NCBI RefSeq assembly: GCF_964204645.1
Contig: NC_134025.1
Location: forward strand, 24,160,299 to 24,224,298
Length of the DNA stretch: 64,000 nucleotides
Reading direction: 5' to 3'
DNA from: Tubulanus polymorphus
Lineage: Eukaryota > Animalia > Nemertea
Below, piece by piece: positions 49,307 to 63,358 of the stretch (the stretch's first letter is position 1; each line of letters begins with the position of its first letter). The notes below the pieces were generated by a model that searched no databases, was not told the origin of the DNA, and worked only from the letters and a program-made list of their open reading frames with translations. Position numbers and translations under genes: made by a program.

Positions 49307-51879
49307 TAACCCAAAAAACTTAAACACTAATTCACTTTTCATTTTCCCTACAACTTTGCCTAAATCATAATAATGTTCTCAAATTTCCAAAATACTCATG
49401 CGCTACGAAAAGAAACTCGAGACAAAATTTGTTTGAAATTCGACCTATGACTTTTCTTCGCTTGAAGTTGTATATTTCATCACAGTCGACGTAATCTAGC
49501 ACCGTTTCGTGGATATAATGAGGCTTTATTTCCGCGGACTACTCGCGGTCGATCCGTTATTGGGTAAGCCACCGGATATACTTTACGCCAGTTAATTACA
49601 TAGCCACCTTCCACCAGAGTTTTCTTGTCATTGATTATGGCGTACGTATACATATTACTCGCGAGTGACAATGATCAATGAATGTTTTCGATCCTCCTCG
49701 TAGTAACGATGACGATATATACTACGGAGTTGTTTTTATGTCTTTGAATTTCCAGGGCACTCCGATGATTTATACCGGGGAAGCGCTCTTTGTTTTTCTG
49801 CAACATCTGATCGCGGAAACAAATTCAATGAAATTTTATTACGTACATCGTACTGCAAGAACGATAATCCATTCATTAGTGGCATTAATATTTGTTTTAG
49901 GTATCATAATTGGCTTCATTCTTTTTACTAAACTCACTTTCAATTTGGATGGTTTTGTTCAAGATCCATCCCCCTCTCAAAGAAGCTCCCTCAGGAAACA
50001 ATTCCCAATATTATCACGAGTGCATGAAATTCATTTCTATATGACAATTTTGTATGTATCTTCATTACAAACGTAATGATGTTTGCCATGATCTACACAA
50101 GTTGAGTAGCTAGCTGAAGGTTATGTTGATAAATACTGGCAATTCTCTTTTTATCTCCAGCAGCTGAATACATATATCTTATCCCAGGTGTTTGAGCAGG
50201 GTTATTCTCAACATAACGACTACTTGGGAATGAATATCTTTTGCCCACAATGTTCAATTTCACCTCGGTAGACCTGCTGATTCGACTGGGAGTTGAGGAA
50301 GTGTGGGAAAGTTTACAGGTGTTCCATGTATCTTAGAGCTACTCAGGCCATTGTCGACTCATAGCTAAGTGAACCAGCCACAATCTAATTCTCTTAGCTT
50401 TTAAGAAGTAAAAGGATCTACTTCGATATCTCAGACTCTGAGAACAGAGCACCACTTCTGCAATGCCGAAGATGGCACCACAGTACAGCGTTAAAAGCAC
50501 TTAATTTATTGCTGGAACCAAAAGCAGTGATGGGGCCTACTGAATGACTTTTATGTATTATTTATTCCCTGTGCAAAAAACTGTTGATGCGGATCCAGAC
50601 TGAGGGGTGTGTTGGTAGCAAATGCAACCCCCACAAAAATGCAAGTTCCGCTATTTTTCTTCAAACAAACATTTTTAGACTTCATTATCACTTGATTCTC
50701 AGTTGTTTTTTACTTCAGTATCTCTAAAATCATCCGGGAAATGCATCTAGAACGCTTCAGATTTTCATGATATTTTTGAGGGATGCTGCCAAATGCTTTG
50801 CGCCTGTAGCGTTTGCGAATGACTTCCACCTAGGCTATATTCACATAAAGGCCTGTCATCACCAGGGGAATTAGTAATAAAAAACCAACTTGAAACCAAC
50901 ATCATATAATCGATATATATCCTTAATTTCCGATATGCGGCTTTGAAGTTGCCCGTCCGCTCTTTCCGAGAACTCGTAAGTTTCACCTCGTTTATGGCTT
51001 AACTTATTACCTGAGCCGGCACGGCTTGATTCTAAGTCCCGCTGAGCCAACGTCTTTTTATCGATAAGCGCTAATAATAATAAATCTATAGTCGCTCTTG
51101 CCACTGCGTCTCGTCATCCCTGCATCGCCGTTATCCCCAGATTCGCTCGAGGCTGCTACACGTTTAAGCCTCTGATTAACACTAGGGTTTGAATGCATCG
51201 GAAAAAATCTTCAATTTCGATCCAGGACACTGGTAAACACACGCGGTAGAAGATAATCAGGAGACGATCAACACGTGTTTGTTGTAAAAAAAACGTGAAT
51301 GCAGAGGTGGTTGCTATTCTAGATGTTCTATACCGAACTAAACCATTAGGAATGGTAATCAATACCGTATTCAATATATTTATAAGCTCATCGATATTGT
51401 GCCTGGATTTTGAAAGTAAGGTTGTTATTCAAAAGTGTTATCGGAGATAAAATTAACCAAAATCAATATCGAACGTTGTTATTCAAGATGCTATATGTTC
51501 GTTATGACACATACCCTGGTTTAGGTGTTTGAACTACACCGCATTCAATCAAATTTTTTTTCACAAGACGCTTTTTCACGGACACTTTTTTATTGATCGA
51601 TGGAATGAATATTTTACTGTTTACAGGCAAGTCTGATTCTTTTTTTTTTGGTTGATATATTTCTGCAATTTATTACAACGCCTACCAGAGAACCCATAAA
51701 CGTCACAGTACATTTGTTAGGCGATAGAGTCGTTTGGATGATAGTTTATGGTTTCAGAATTTTTGTCTCTATATCGTGGCACAGGACATGGCTCATATTA
51801 TACAAAAGTGCATATATTTATGCCTAAAAATTCTAGAACCTGGAATTCTGGTGCACTTCAGCATCAATACTAATTTCAG

Positions 51880-52115
51880 CTGCCTTCACACTATCACTAG
51901 TTAGTCCATTTAAATTTTGCTCATACCTGGAACGGACCAATTTAGAATCGACCAAATCGATGCTGTGCATTCACACACGTTACAGGTCCAGCTAGTTGCA
52001 ATATAGCCAGCCAGACTTCACTTGTGACAAAGTTTGGTCCGTTCCAATGAACGGATGATATTGGAATGGACTGAAAAGGACTGAGACCGTGCTAAACAAC
52101 AGTGTATGAACACAG
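51880..52115. mobile_element. Degenerate MITE
   Basis: The ends gctgccttcacact and agtgtatgaacacagt are weakly inverted. The interior has inverted ggaacggacca / tggtccgttcc. Confidence 0.45.
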
Positions 52116-52189
52116 TTATAATTGCTGAACCACATACAGTTTATCATTGTCAATCATTTCATCCTATTGGTATTAGATGTAGTTGCAGA

Positions 52190-52660
52190 AGTAAGATTTG
52201 GTAAGATGCAGTAGTAGTCTGGTAACAGTTTAAAGCTCATGCATGGCATCTGTCTTATAGTTCCAGATACATCTGGTAACAGATTACGTGTCAAGATGCA
52301 ACTTAATGGTTGCAAATAATATGTATTTATATATGCATCTCTGTTAGCAGGTTGTTTAGCATCTGCCTAGTTACAGATTAATTACACTTAATGATGCATT
52401 TGTTTTTGGTAACAGGTTACTTGTCATGATGCATCTCTCACAGCAAGTTGCTAAGCATCTGTCCCGTTACAGATTACAGTTATTCATGCATCTGTTTGGT
52501 AACAGGTTACAGGTCATGGTGCATCTCTGACTGCAGGTTTTATGACATCTGTCTGGTTACGGATTGCATCAGTCTTGCTATGATTTTTCTGGTTACATCT
52601 GGTTTTAAACTACATTGCATACAATTACAGGTTACAAATTACAATGCATCGGCTGCTTTT
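52190..52660. repeat. Degenerate minisatellite
   Basis: Recurring gcatctg(t)ctggt(a/t)acag(a/g)ttac units of roughly 30-35 bp. Confidence 0.7.
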
Positions 52661-55600
52661 ACAGTAAACCGCATCCTCACAGCATCCCGGGCTTTTAATT
52701 CATTGATGATGGCGAAATGAGTCTATCATCGAATAAATGCGAATACCATTGTTTTCATTGAAAATAGTTTCTATCATTTCGGATTGACGAACTGTACGTA
52801 CAACACGGCCGCCGAGGTTGACAGGGCATCGCGCCACTTGCAGCATCTCGTATTTCATTGATGTGCTGAGTCATCAGACCAGGCAATATACACGCTTGTC
52901 GTCAGTTGATGTTTGTTACAGATTGAGCCATTGGCAGGTATACAACTTCTAATATAAGCTGCTGTAACAGTGCCTTGCAAATTCTTGTCGGCTGAATTTG
53001 ACGGTTTTGTCATGGTGGCAAAGGAGAAGGAAGTTGATATGTCCCATATGGAATCGGTTAACTCTTGATCCCAAATGTATTGGGAGTGGTTTAGAAGTTA
53101 AAGTTTCTGATTTGGCCTTTGCAATTACTTGCTAACTATTTGTGATACTTCAAATGCGTAAATCAAAGTTGGCTTTAATGCAAGTAGCTGACTGAATGTT
53201 ATTGATGATGGGCGCTATCATTAGTAGCCTCTTAATTCAACTTTACGATCTAATCAAAAATGAATGGCGTATTAAAACGACTTAGTTACTTTCATTGCGA
53301 AATCCGAAATGTATCCTTGCGGGACCAGGGACTCTCGTACTAGCGCATGTAAGCCAATGCCAGGAGACCAATTGATTAGGTAGTGTTCAATTTCCACATG
53401 GATTGAATGATGGCTTTCGCGAATGCGTCTCTGAATAACGATGAAAAATACTCGCATGATTTCCTGCCGAGTCTTGTCCCTTTGGAGACTGTGTTGTACA
53501 ATATTTGATGGATTTCGTTCAAGTTATCTCCTATTTACAGTGGTTGCGCAATCCCATTTCAGCATACTAACAGTGACCATCTGGGAGTCATGGTCTGGTG
53601 AATATTTTGAAAATCGTTTTTACATTATACGCAACTGATTTGCACGCTGCACTCATGGTAAATGCGCCTTTTGGAGGTACATTCATGGATTTGTGAAGCA
53701 GAACGAACTTGTTTGTGATGTTGCTAACAGTTATACCAAAAACCAAGACCACCAAGAATACATCAAGCCATAGGCAACAACGGTTCTCGGGATCATATCA
53801 GGCTCGAACTTGAACTCCGAAATAACTATGCATTAGTTCCCATTGCATTTTGGATATGTTGTATCTAAGGCCAATAGCTAGATTTTGTCCAGACAACTTT
53901 TTGATTTTCGACCCAGTTCCTCAGCTTTGAGGTCATCTTCAAGGTCATGTCATTTTTAGTGCCTAGTTCTGCCGCTAGGTGGTGCACTGGGCCCATACTT
54001 GGCACTGCACATCTAGAAACCCATACTTATATTGTACCCGATTTCATCAAGATCGACCTGCTTTCAACGAAGCTAAGTAGCTGAAAGACAAATAAGCAGA
54101 CAGACAGACAAGAATAAGGGTCTCACAGACGCCTGAGAACCAAAAAACCAGGAAACGGATGAACAAATCCATATTTCAGCGTTGCTCAAGTCTTTGTTTT
54201 TACATTTGACACTTGTAATGGTGCAACAAGCTGTCATTACTGTAAGCACTAACAATGCCTGTGGCTAGGCGTAACGCGAATGATTTGTGTTATTCAAGAC
54301 GGGATGTATTTTTCTTTATATGATGTCAACAATTTTCTATTAAATGCCTCTCGTAAACTTGATATTTTAGTAGCGAAGAATCTCGTCGTACGTCCGTGCG
54401 GCTTTATACTCGAAAACGTATTTTATGCGACTGTAAAACCGTCGATTGGTTCGCGTTGAATCTTGAAACAATGAGCAACAAATCATATAATGCATCGCTG
54501 CCGTTTAAAAACGAATCGCAATAAAATGGGACTCAATGTCTCTGTATCGGCGAAATATTCCAACCCCTGAATCACAATATCTTCAATTAACCGTCGGACT
54601 GGGAATTGACTGGCTGCGTTTGACATTTTTCTTCGATATTGATTTATCCAGTTATTATTTTCTTGTAAAAGGAAGTACGACGCGATAAATCATCCGGTAA
54701 AAACACATGTTTCATTCGCGCGCGGCCGAAATTATTTTCCTTCCGCGCGAAAAAGCGATCAATTCACCGCGCTATGCGGCGGTGTCATCTCGGACATGTC
54801 CATCTGACACATCAGGTAATGGCTTAGTCGTGTCTGGCAGTTTCAATTAACCGTACGATCTCCGATTTACATACTAGTTCCTGAGAAGGTATCTCTCCGA
54901 GAAAAAATAACAGCTTTTTTCGTGTTCGTACGCGTTCATCGACTTACTGGACAAAACCCGATGTCAGTGAATCAGACTTGAGTGGATTTCTGATGTTTTG
55001 AATGACTTGCCATGATGGATTCGATTAAAAATGGTATAGACTTATATTAGATTTATCTATCCATGAAATTATTAATTTAAAATCATTTTAACGACTTAAC
55101 TCTGGATATATTAGAGACTTGCATCAAGCCTTTCGACGGTCACTGCGGTCTTGACCTCGATAGTGACATCACGACAGGCAAGTCTTGTATATATCCAGAG
55201 TGTGAAGTCGTTAGAATGAGTTTGATTTCAAAAATGGTATAATTGTCTCCATAATTCATACAAGCTGTTGACAAAGAGATTAGATAGTGTTTTAGATGAT
55301 TCGATATTGCGAAATCGTTCGACACGCCAGCTCGGCGCTGTTTTTTTTTCTCGTTGTAAATTGATAAAAAATAGATTATACGGCGCGGCGCGCGATCGAC
55401 AAACCGGCATTCGATATTATATAGCATGTCGGTGAATTGCTGGCGGCCTACAGGCCTATAATGTTCGCGTTTTGAGCGTCTTGTCATTGGGATCATTTGA
55501 TTATCGAGTAATACTTGAGCCGCGGCCATTTATCATGCCAACCGAGCCGTGAATCGTCTCCGGGATTTCGCAGCTTCGAGACGATCGTGACCAATAGAAA

Positions 55601-58600
55601 AGGTCTTCGTCGTATCGATTGCGTAGTATCGCCTTTCTCGATGGATACGATAATTACCGTTTCCCCCAAGACAATGTTTTATGCAAAGCGCCGATGACTA
55701 ATCTCGTTCGCGCTCTTGCTCGTCGTGTTTTGTTCTACATAGTACATATTTTTTTTTTCTCTGTCTAGAAATGATGTCAGATATTCGTTTGAAGGACTCG
55801 ATCAAAGTGGTATCCGCGCTGCAGCCGAATCAGTTTTCTATACCGCCACGTGCGCGATGCAACGTTTAATCCCATGAAATAAAGCCGGAAAAGGTTTTCG
55901 ATACTTCTCCCTTTTTCCTGAAATGTATTTCGAAAGGAAATTAAAATTTCAGTAAGGAGACTTTTTTCTCCAATATTTCATATTCACGGAGAAGAATCGA
56001 TGACGGTTTTGTGATAACGCAGTTTACCATACAGGTTTCCATTTTGCAGATTTTGATTGGTGTACTTCAAGCGAGGGAGCATTTTCATTTCCAGCATTTT
56101 CAAACTTCGAAATACTTGGAAAACTATGTTTTCAGGTATCAGTTATAGAATTGAAATTTGATAAATGTATTGACGTAATGGTATAGGAATGATATCATTC
56201 ATTCATTCATGTTCATTCTTATTACTGAAATAAGTGTTTTCTAAGAATTGTTATGCTGATTTCTACTGCAGTCAACAATCAATTCCAGTCATTCCGATTC
56301 GTATTTGCTATTATCGTCATCATCACTATCGTTAGCGATAACTCAATGATTACAGCGAGACCGGTGCGACGTTTAGACTTATAGTCACCCCCGGTCGGGT
56401 CATCTCGGCGTGTATCGCGTGCTGAATCGCCATTGATGTATAAATCGACTCCGAGAGCTGCTGTTATAACCTCGTGTCTCCGATGGTCAGTGAATACATT
56501 CGGACGTCTCCCGTGTATTGGAATCATCGGCCACTCGCCTGACCGAGAGATCCCGGTAAAGAATTGATTAATGGATTAATCGAGCCCAATTTATGTATCA
56601 CATTAGCACGGCTTTACACGTGTAAACATTCATCATCTGTATCATTATGTTCTTCCCTTGATGGCTATTAATTCTTATTGACAACTTGTCTGATTGACAC
56701 GCGAGAGTCTTAACTATTACTATGGATATATTTGTATATTTTGGTAATATTGTTAGTTTCCCCGTCTAGCAAGTGTCTGAAAGTGTATCCATACCAGATC
56801 GGTGTTGGATGACCTTTCGTTTGAAGAACTTGCGCTTTATTATGCTCGCAACTGAACTGTGGACCGTTTTCTGAAATATTTCCGATGCCACGCTAAATCC
56901 ATCTACGGATGGAAGATAGAAAACTGTTTGCTATTCGACGAGGAGTTCAGATAGGTCTGATATCAAAACGTATCTCAAAGTGTGAAGCTGTTTTCTGTAT
57001 TACTGATCATTATCTCAGTTGTGTTTCACTCGATGTGCTGGCAGATCATTGATTTCGTTTAGTCTAGTCCCATCATCGGCAGTCTCATAAAACTCTCATC
57101 GAGAGAGAGAGAGCTAACAGCAGGAAACATCAACGGATAGACTAAAAGACATTTGCATTCGGTGCCGTCGTCTCACTAGTCGTCCCCAGGAATTCAACTT
57201 CTACATAAGTTCTAATCTTGAATCACGCTTAGAAAATGTTTCTCATGCGTTTTCGTACCAGATAATGATCTTTATGGCACGGCATACTATTCGTAGTGTT
57301 TGCTTACCTTCTTATTAAACCGTGGAAGTCCATCGTAAAAATAAGCTTTCTGCCCTCGAAAATGAAGTCGTTTTATCTTTCGGTTATCTTAAACTAATAT
57401 TTCTAGATCTGACGGAAATTTGATTTCACATCAACGCTCATCATCTTGAAATCCACATAGTTTAAGAAAATAAGATTTACAACAGGGTACAAAGATTTTA
57501 GGTGCTTCATTACAAGCAACTGACATCCGTCATAGAAATCCCGAATACTACATTTGTCGGACTTGATGATGCTATGACTGATGTTGCGAGTTCTGGTGAG
57601 ATTTCGTCTTCAATTTTGTGATGAATTGTTTCAGCAGTAAATTGTTCAATTATTTAGGTCTTAAGCCCTGGTTACGAACTGACAGGTCGTGCGCGTAGTT
57701 CCCTCCTTCGCATTCACTGATTGCCAGCGGAGAAAGCAATTTTTTCATTATTTTGATCAATGGATGCGTAAATGATGCTCGAGGAAGACAATAAACATTC
57801 CACTCTCTCTAGTCCGAGCTGATTTGTGGAGTATTCGATGTACGCTAACTGGACGCTGGAATTTGATTAAGGTTCCCGTCGTATTATGCATTTTCTCATT
57901 AATGCGCCGGATCATGGCTGCCGTACGTGTCGGCGTTGCTTGATCAACCACCTGAAAAATGCCAGACCGCTTTATTTATGTGACCGCTTTATTTATGTGA
58001 CCATTTTCTGCGCCCGCGCCGCAGTAAAAGGACCAAGTGGATCGCTGATTTTTTTATACGCGTCGAATAATGGATGCGTTATGGTAGTGGCAATATTGCT
58101 GTTGTTTTTACCTGCCCTCAGTCGCTGATGGCTAAACGTCACAAATTCAGAACACAATGACCTAATGATACCATTACGTCTTCGAAGCTTTTAACCCATT
58201 CATCGCTACTGACGTGTAGCGCTATATGATAATAGCCAGTCAGGTGATGGAATTTTCGTAAGGTCAGCTCGGGTAGACGAGCTATGCGGCAAATGCGACC
58301 AACTATTCGTGGATTACCGATCGAAGCATAACGAGAAATTGTGTAAGGTCATCTAGGGTCAGACCGCGACTTGGCACTGACCCATCATAGCAGAACAACT
58401 GATTGATGCATACCTAGACATACCAGTGAAGCATACCAAATGACTTTTAGATCCAAAATCCACTTCAGCTATTTGGTTGAAGATATCTGCAGATATTTTT
58501 AACCCTTTATAACCCTTTGATTTGATAATAAAAGGAATTTTGGCTTAGGTTTTTTTAAATCTTGAAATAGTTATCTATTTGATTGGTTGATTTGCTCTGA

Positions 58601-61194
58601 TTTGTTTTGATTTGGTGTCCCTTACAAACCCACCACACCTACTGGGAGTGAAACAGGATTCGATTTTGAAATCCGAAATCGAAGTACATATATAGTTGCG
58701 CCATCGGTGGTCGAATTTAGAGAATTTTGTTTCTGTTTAAGTCAAAGTACCAACTTGATATGGCACATTTCTCTATTCGATCGACGCGAAAAAATCGATA
58801 GCTTCGATGATTTATGGCAACTCTTTTGAATTCAAATGAAATCGTTCCGTCTTGGATTATGAACATCGCGACAGCTCCTCATATGAATGACAAAGGTCTG
58901 AAGAAGAGAATCGGCTTTTCTTGTTTAATGTGTGGTTGACGGTTGACGACGATGCAACATTTACGACTAAAGCACTAAGAACAAGGGATTTAATTAAACC
59001 AATAGTCGAGTATACTTGTTTTTCGAGTATTTGCAGTGTATTGAAGAACAAGGCCTCGAAGCCGGAAGTTGTATAGATCAACATCTTAAGCGATAAATAT
59101 TCTCATTGTAATCTGACATTCGATGAAGTTAATTAAAGTTAATATACGCGGATATTATGCGAATTTCGAGTACTGTTTTAACACTAGTATGAAAAGGATG
59201 TTTCACGATGATGCTTGGTATCGAGATGGCTGAAATTTGTGTCGCGCGCGCTGATCGGAAAAACTACTTCGAAAGATGACGCCGCCTCGAGCGTGTTCTG
59301 CACGAAAATTAGTCATATTTGTAGATGGCTCTTGTCGTTCTTATTGGTGCCGTATTTAAACATCTTGATGGCTTGATAATTAATGTGTGGACGTGACGTG
59401 GTTGAGAGACCGAAACCAGAAATCTTTACACAAACGCCGAGTCCAGCCACGTTCAATGATACTTGTTTTTTTAGGAAACTTAATGCTCGTATGTCATCTG
59501 GTGTATCATCCGGTTATTTCTCCGATCAGTCGGATGATATTAATTTCTATTCAGATTTTTAACGATTGTCATATATTGATGCAAATTACTGTTTATTTGG
59601 CATAATAAAAATCCACTATGTACAGATTTAAAATTTTTAAAACCAAGAATTTATTCAATCAAAAATTTGAAAAGACAACGCTTCGAACAGTGACTAGAGA
59701 TCAACGTCAGTTATTCCCTCACACCTGACAATTATCTCTTGTAAGAGTTTGGAACATCGTTGTCATTTTGAATATTTGATTGAATAAATTATTTATCAAC
59801 TATCCTCCATCTTGGAGTGTGGTTATTATACTGCACTGCCATTTCATTGTTAATCAAGCATATCATTCTTTATATTATTGACAATATTACTAACCTTACA
59901 GAAGATGATTCTGAAATAGTTAACTTAAACAATTTGGCTTCAGATCCCTAATTTGATACACAACGCGGCTAATCTATGGAAATTAATGTTTTCTTTTGAA
60001 TCAAGCATCTATCTTCCTTGTCATATGGAAAAGCTGCCTATTTTGTTGTAGGAATTGAAAAAATTGGACTCCTATGAAAGGAATTCATATGTGATACGTA
60101 GTTGGTTTCCAAAACGCAACTCAAGAGGTTGTTATTATTTGTAATACCAACAATGTCGAGGCTTTGAAAAAACAACGATATTCTGGTATGAGAAAAGCCG
60201 CGCTGATACTCGCCGTGGTGACAGTGCTGAGCGGTAAAGCTTGTACAGCCCTTCCTTCAGGGTGGATCTCGAGATGCAGAGTAAAGGACAAATGGTTGAT
60301 GATGATGTAACCTGGGAGCGTGTTCTGTCGTCATCATCGCCGAGTTGATGTTAGAGTTGTGTTTACTCTTTTCGTCACCATGGCTACAGAGTTGTTGAGT
60401 TACCGGCAAGTTACAGCTACGAATCTGAAACTTATCCCTCCCGCCAGAAATCTGATTATTGTCATTTTATGACGGCAACAAAAATAGCAAGATCGAGATT
60501 TTCAATAGGATTTGAATAATTGAATTCTATTGATGGGCCGCCGAGAAGGCGCTCGTTGAATCTGTCAAACCTATACAGTGCTGATCATAGTGAAATACCA
60601 TGTTGAAGCAAACTCAAGTGCTAACTCGAAATTTGATGCTGTTCATCCTGTTTCGTATACAATTACATGAATTAAGTGAGTTAGAATTGAATTTTTAGCA
60701 AATTAAAAGGTTTGACCAAGTATAATTAGGCCTGATAACCCAGCAGTCACTGTTGCACGAAACAGGTGTTAATGCACAAAGGCTGCATGGAAGCATGGAC
60801 TGTTGTTTTTTTTTTCTAAAAGTTTGCAATGTTATGAAATCAAAACATATTCCTTTGTTTGGATTCACGGGCTCGGCTTTCATGTTTTATTAGCTCAGAT
60901 CATCAAACAGGAGGTGATGATGATGATGATCGATAAGCATTCGTCCAAGTGGCAAAGAGCAAGCTCTAGACACCTATCATTATACAGCGCGATAAGCTAT
61001 TCTCTTACTCTTTCTAGTACTGTCTAGTGCTTTCATCTGAACAACAATGAAAGCGTTTATTTTTAACGGTGTATTTGTGCTGGCGGCTAATCACCGGTGC
61101 AGATCGGTGGTGTTTGCTCAAATATATCGGTGCTAATTCTAAAAATACGGCCTCGCGTGCTTTCCACGTTTCCGTTCCGGTTGTTTGGAGACTT

Positions 61195-61398
61195 CAGGGA
61201 GGGGCGGATCCAAGGGGAGGGTGCCGGGGTGCGCACCCCCCAAAAGTGTCTAGTTGCCCTGAAATTTTACGGTAAAATGAAACATATTTCCTCACGATGA
61301 GTTCCCGATGAGCTTTCTTTCGGAGTACCCTTTTATTATGTTGATATGCCCTATTTCGCGGTGCACCACTTCCTGAATCAGACCCTAGATCCGCCCTG
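61195..61398. mobile_element. MITE with (c)aggggcggatc-type TIRs
   Basis: aggggcggatcca ... tagatccgccctg, with internal gggtgcgcacccc/ggtgcacc motifs. Confidence 0.8.
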
Positions 61399-61406
61399 AA
61401 ATCCTT

Positions 61407-61830
61407 GGGCCAGTTTTTCAAACTGGTATTACCTTTAACCCGGGGGCTAACTTAATTCATTTTCAACTTAGTTAGCCCCCGCCGGGGGCGGATCTAGGGG
61501 GTGAATAGGGTTGATAGCCACCCCTCAAATACCTTCCAAACAATTTTCATAAGGGGCTTTTTGGTGTAAATAGCCTATCTCTAAGAAGATGAAATAAGAA
61601 TGTTAGCTGCCTCAGATTCAGAACTAACAGTAGCGTTGTGACTTTGTATTATATACCTATTGTATGATGCCGTATGCTACGAGCAATCATCGAGATGATT
61701 CGACGCTCGGACTACGCCGCTGAGCGGCTCGCTAGTCGCAGTCTCTTCATTACGTTTTGTCAGCCACCCCCCTTTGAAAAATCTGCCCCTGCCCAGGTTA
61801 AAGGTAATACCGGTGTATAAAACCGGGCCC
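61407..61830. mobile_element. Palindromic MITE interrupted by a nested MITE (~61483-61790)
   Basis: Outer TIRs are gggccagtttttcaaactggtattacctttaacc and ggttaaaggtaataccggtgtataaaaccgggccc. The inner element runs ggggcggatct...agccacccc ... agccacccccc...aatctgcccctg. Confidence 0.8.
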
Positions 61831-62084
61831 TTGGTTATATCTACTTAGGGGTATTGGAAACCAATTTTGATTACAGCAGGTGCCGAGTGATTGCAGCGTT
61901 TTGGATTTATGGCAAAAATAACATAGTTTATTAGCATAGTCTGTGTGACGAATGAATGAATGAATGGAGCTGTAGAAATTGTAAAATCATTAGCGCTTCG
62001 TGCAGCATTTCCCAGGGTTGCCACAATCTTGCAGCGGTCATTGTGCGAAGTGATTCTACCACTCTCCCTCTAGCTCGCAGACTC

Positions 62085-62087
<3 letters not shown>

Positions 62088-62166
<79 letters not shown>
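62088..62166. repeat. (AG)n microsatellite
   Basis: About 39 AG units; this explains the ERERER ORF. Confidence 0.95.
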
Positions 62167-62168
<2 letters not shown>

Positions 62169-63083
62169 TACGAGCGTTAAACCGTCATTAAGCACAGATT
62201 ACCATCTCCCCAGTGAAATTTTGCATCCTTTTATTATATCCGTCGTTGAAAAAAAGTATGAGGGTTGTCATGGTAAAGCGATTATAGGCGGTGCGCTCAC
62301 TTTACCTGGAAAATTTTCGATTCGAAAAAAAAGTGTTCGTTCGTTCGTTAGTTTCTAGGCACTGCAAATGAAATGACATTTAAAATAGATACGAGTTGAT
62401 ATATAAATATATCTGTTTGATCAATCTTTAAGTATCATGTAGATGAATGAAACGCTTTGATGTTGATTGCTTTCCAGATATATTTTTTTTCATTCGCATA
62501 AAACCGAAATGATAAAGTAAGGATTTTTAAAAGAACATTCTAAAGCTATGCGCGTTCAATTTTAACCATTCGTGACTTTTGAAATTTTACTTTGATGCGA
62601 TTCTAAATACGTAACAGAACCTGTAGAAAATTCCAGTTTTTTTTCGAAGGCGTAATCAAGTCGTTACCGAATAGTGATGCAGCCCGAGCAAAATGAAATG
62701 AAAGTGTTATAGTACCGCACGATCGGGCTTAAATAATTTTATTGCCGTTATACTACTGTAAAACGGCATTAACGGTGTCTGGGCTGGCTGATAGATCGGA
62801 CTGACTTAATTTGATTTCTGAATCTTCCACTCGGTTTTATTACGCCTAAAGTAGGAAATTTGTCCAGGCATTCTCATTCAATTAACTGCATGGATTGCGT
62901 AGATTAACTTACGCGATGAAAAAAAAAGTCGCGCGTAAGAGTCTGGCTCGTATTTAGGGAAACTGCACAATTCGGCCAAAAGAACGGCATTCTCCATTAA
63001 TTTCTAGTCCGACTTGAATTTCAAAATCTAATCTTGAACTGCTGGCTTATTCATTGATAGACTGAACAGTCACAAATACTAAC

Positions 63084-63358
63084 AGAGTGGCCACTGACCT
63101 GGAAAACCTGGAAAACTCAGGGAATCAGAAAAATCTAGAAAAATCAGAACTCAAGGAATTTGACAAGTTTTGCAAAAAAACCATACAATCCTTTATCAAT
63201 AGGTGATTCATAAAAGGATGAATAAGTTATTTACATTTTACATATTTACACAGTAACATTTTAAACCACGAAATTTCTCCAATTCACTCAGTGAATTTTG
63301 TGTAATCGGGGAAAACACTCGTAAACGGGATTTGTAAATTGTTGGAAAGTGGCCACTA
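63084..63358. mobile_element. Non-autonomous DNA-transposon-like element
   Basis: Bounded by agtggccact at both ends, with internal cctggaaaa and actca(g/a)ggaat repeats. Confidence 0.65.

Noticed and set aside
49678-50076. 132-aa hydrophobic ORF
   Set aside because: AT-rich composition, no family motif and no supporting exon structure; probably spurious.
58244-58356. Phase-compatible open segment (G)DGIFVRSARVDELCGKCDQLFVDY.. as the missing BH3 exon
   Set aside because: ELCGKCDQL has Lys at the position that must be hydrophobic in a BH3 motif, and the acceptor lacks a polypyrimidine tract.
61956-62180. ERERER ORF
   Set aside because: It is a translation of the (AG)n microsatellite.
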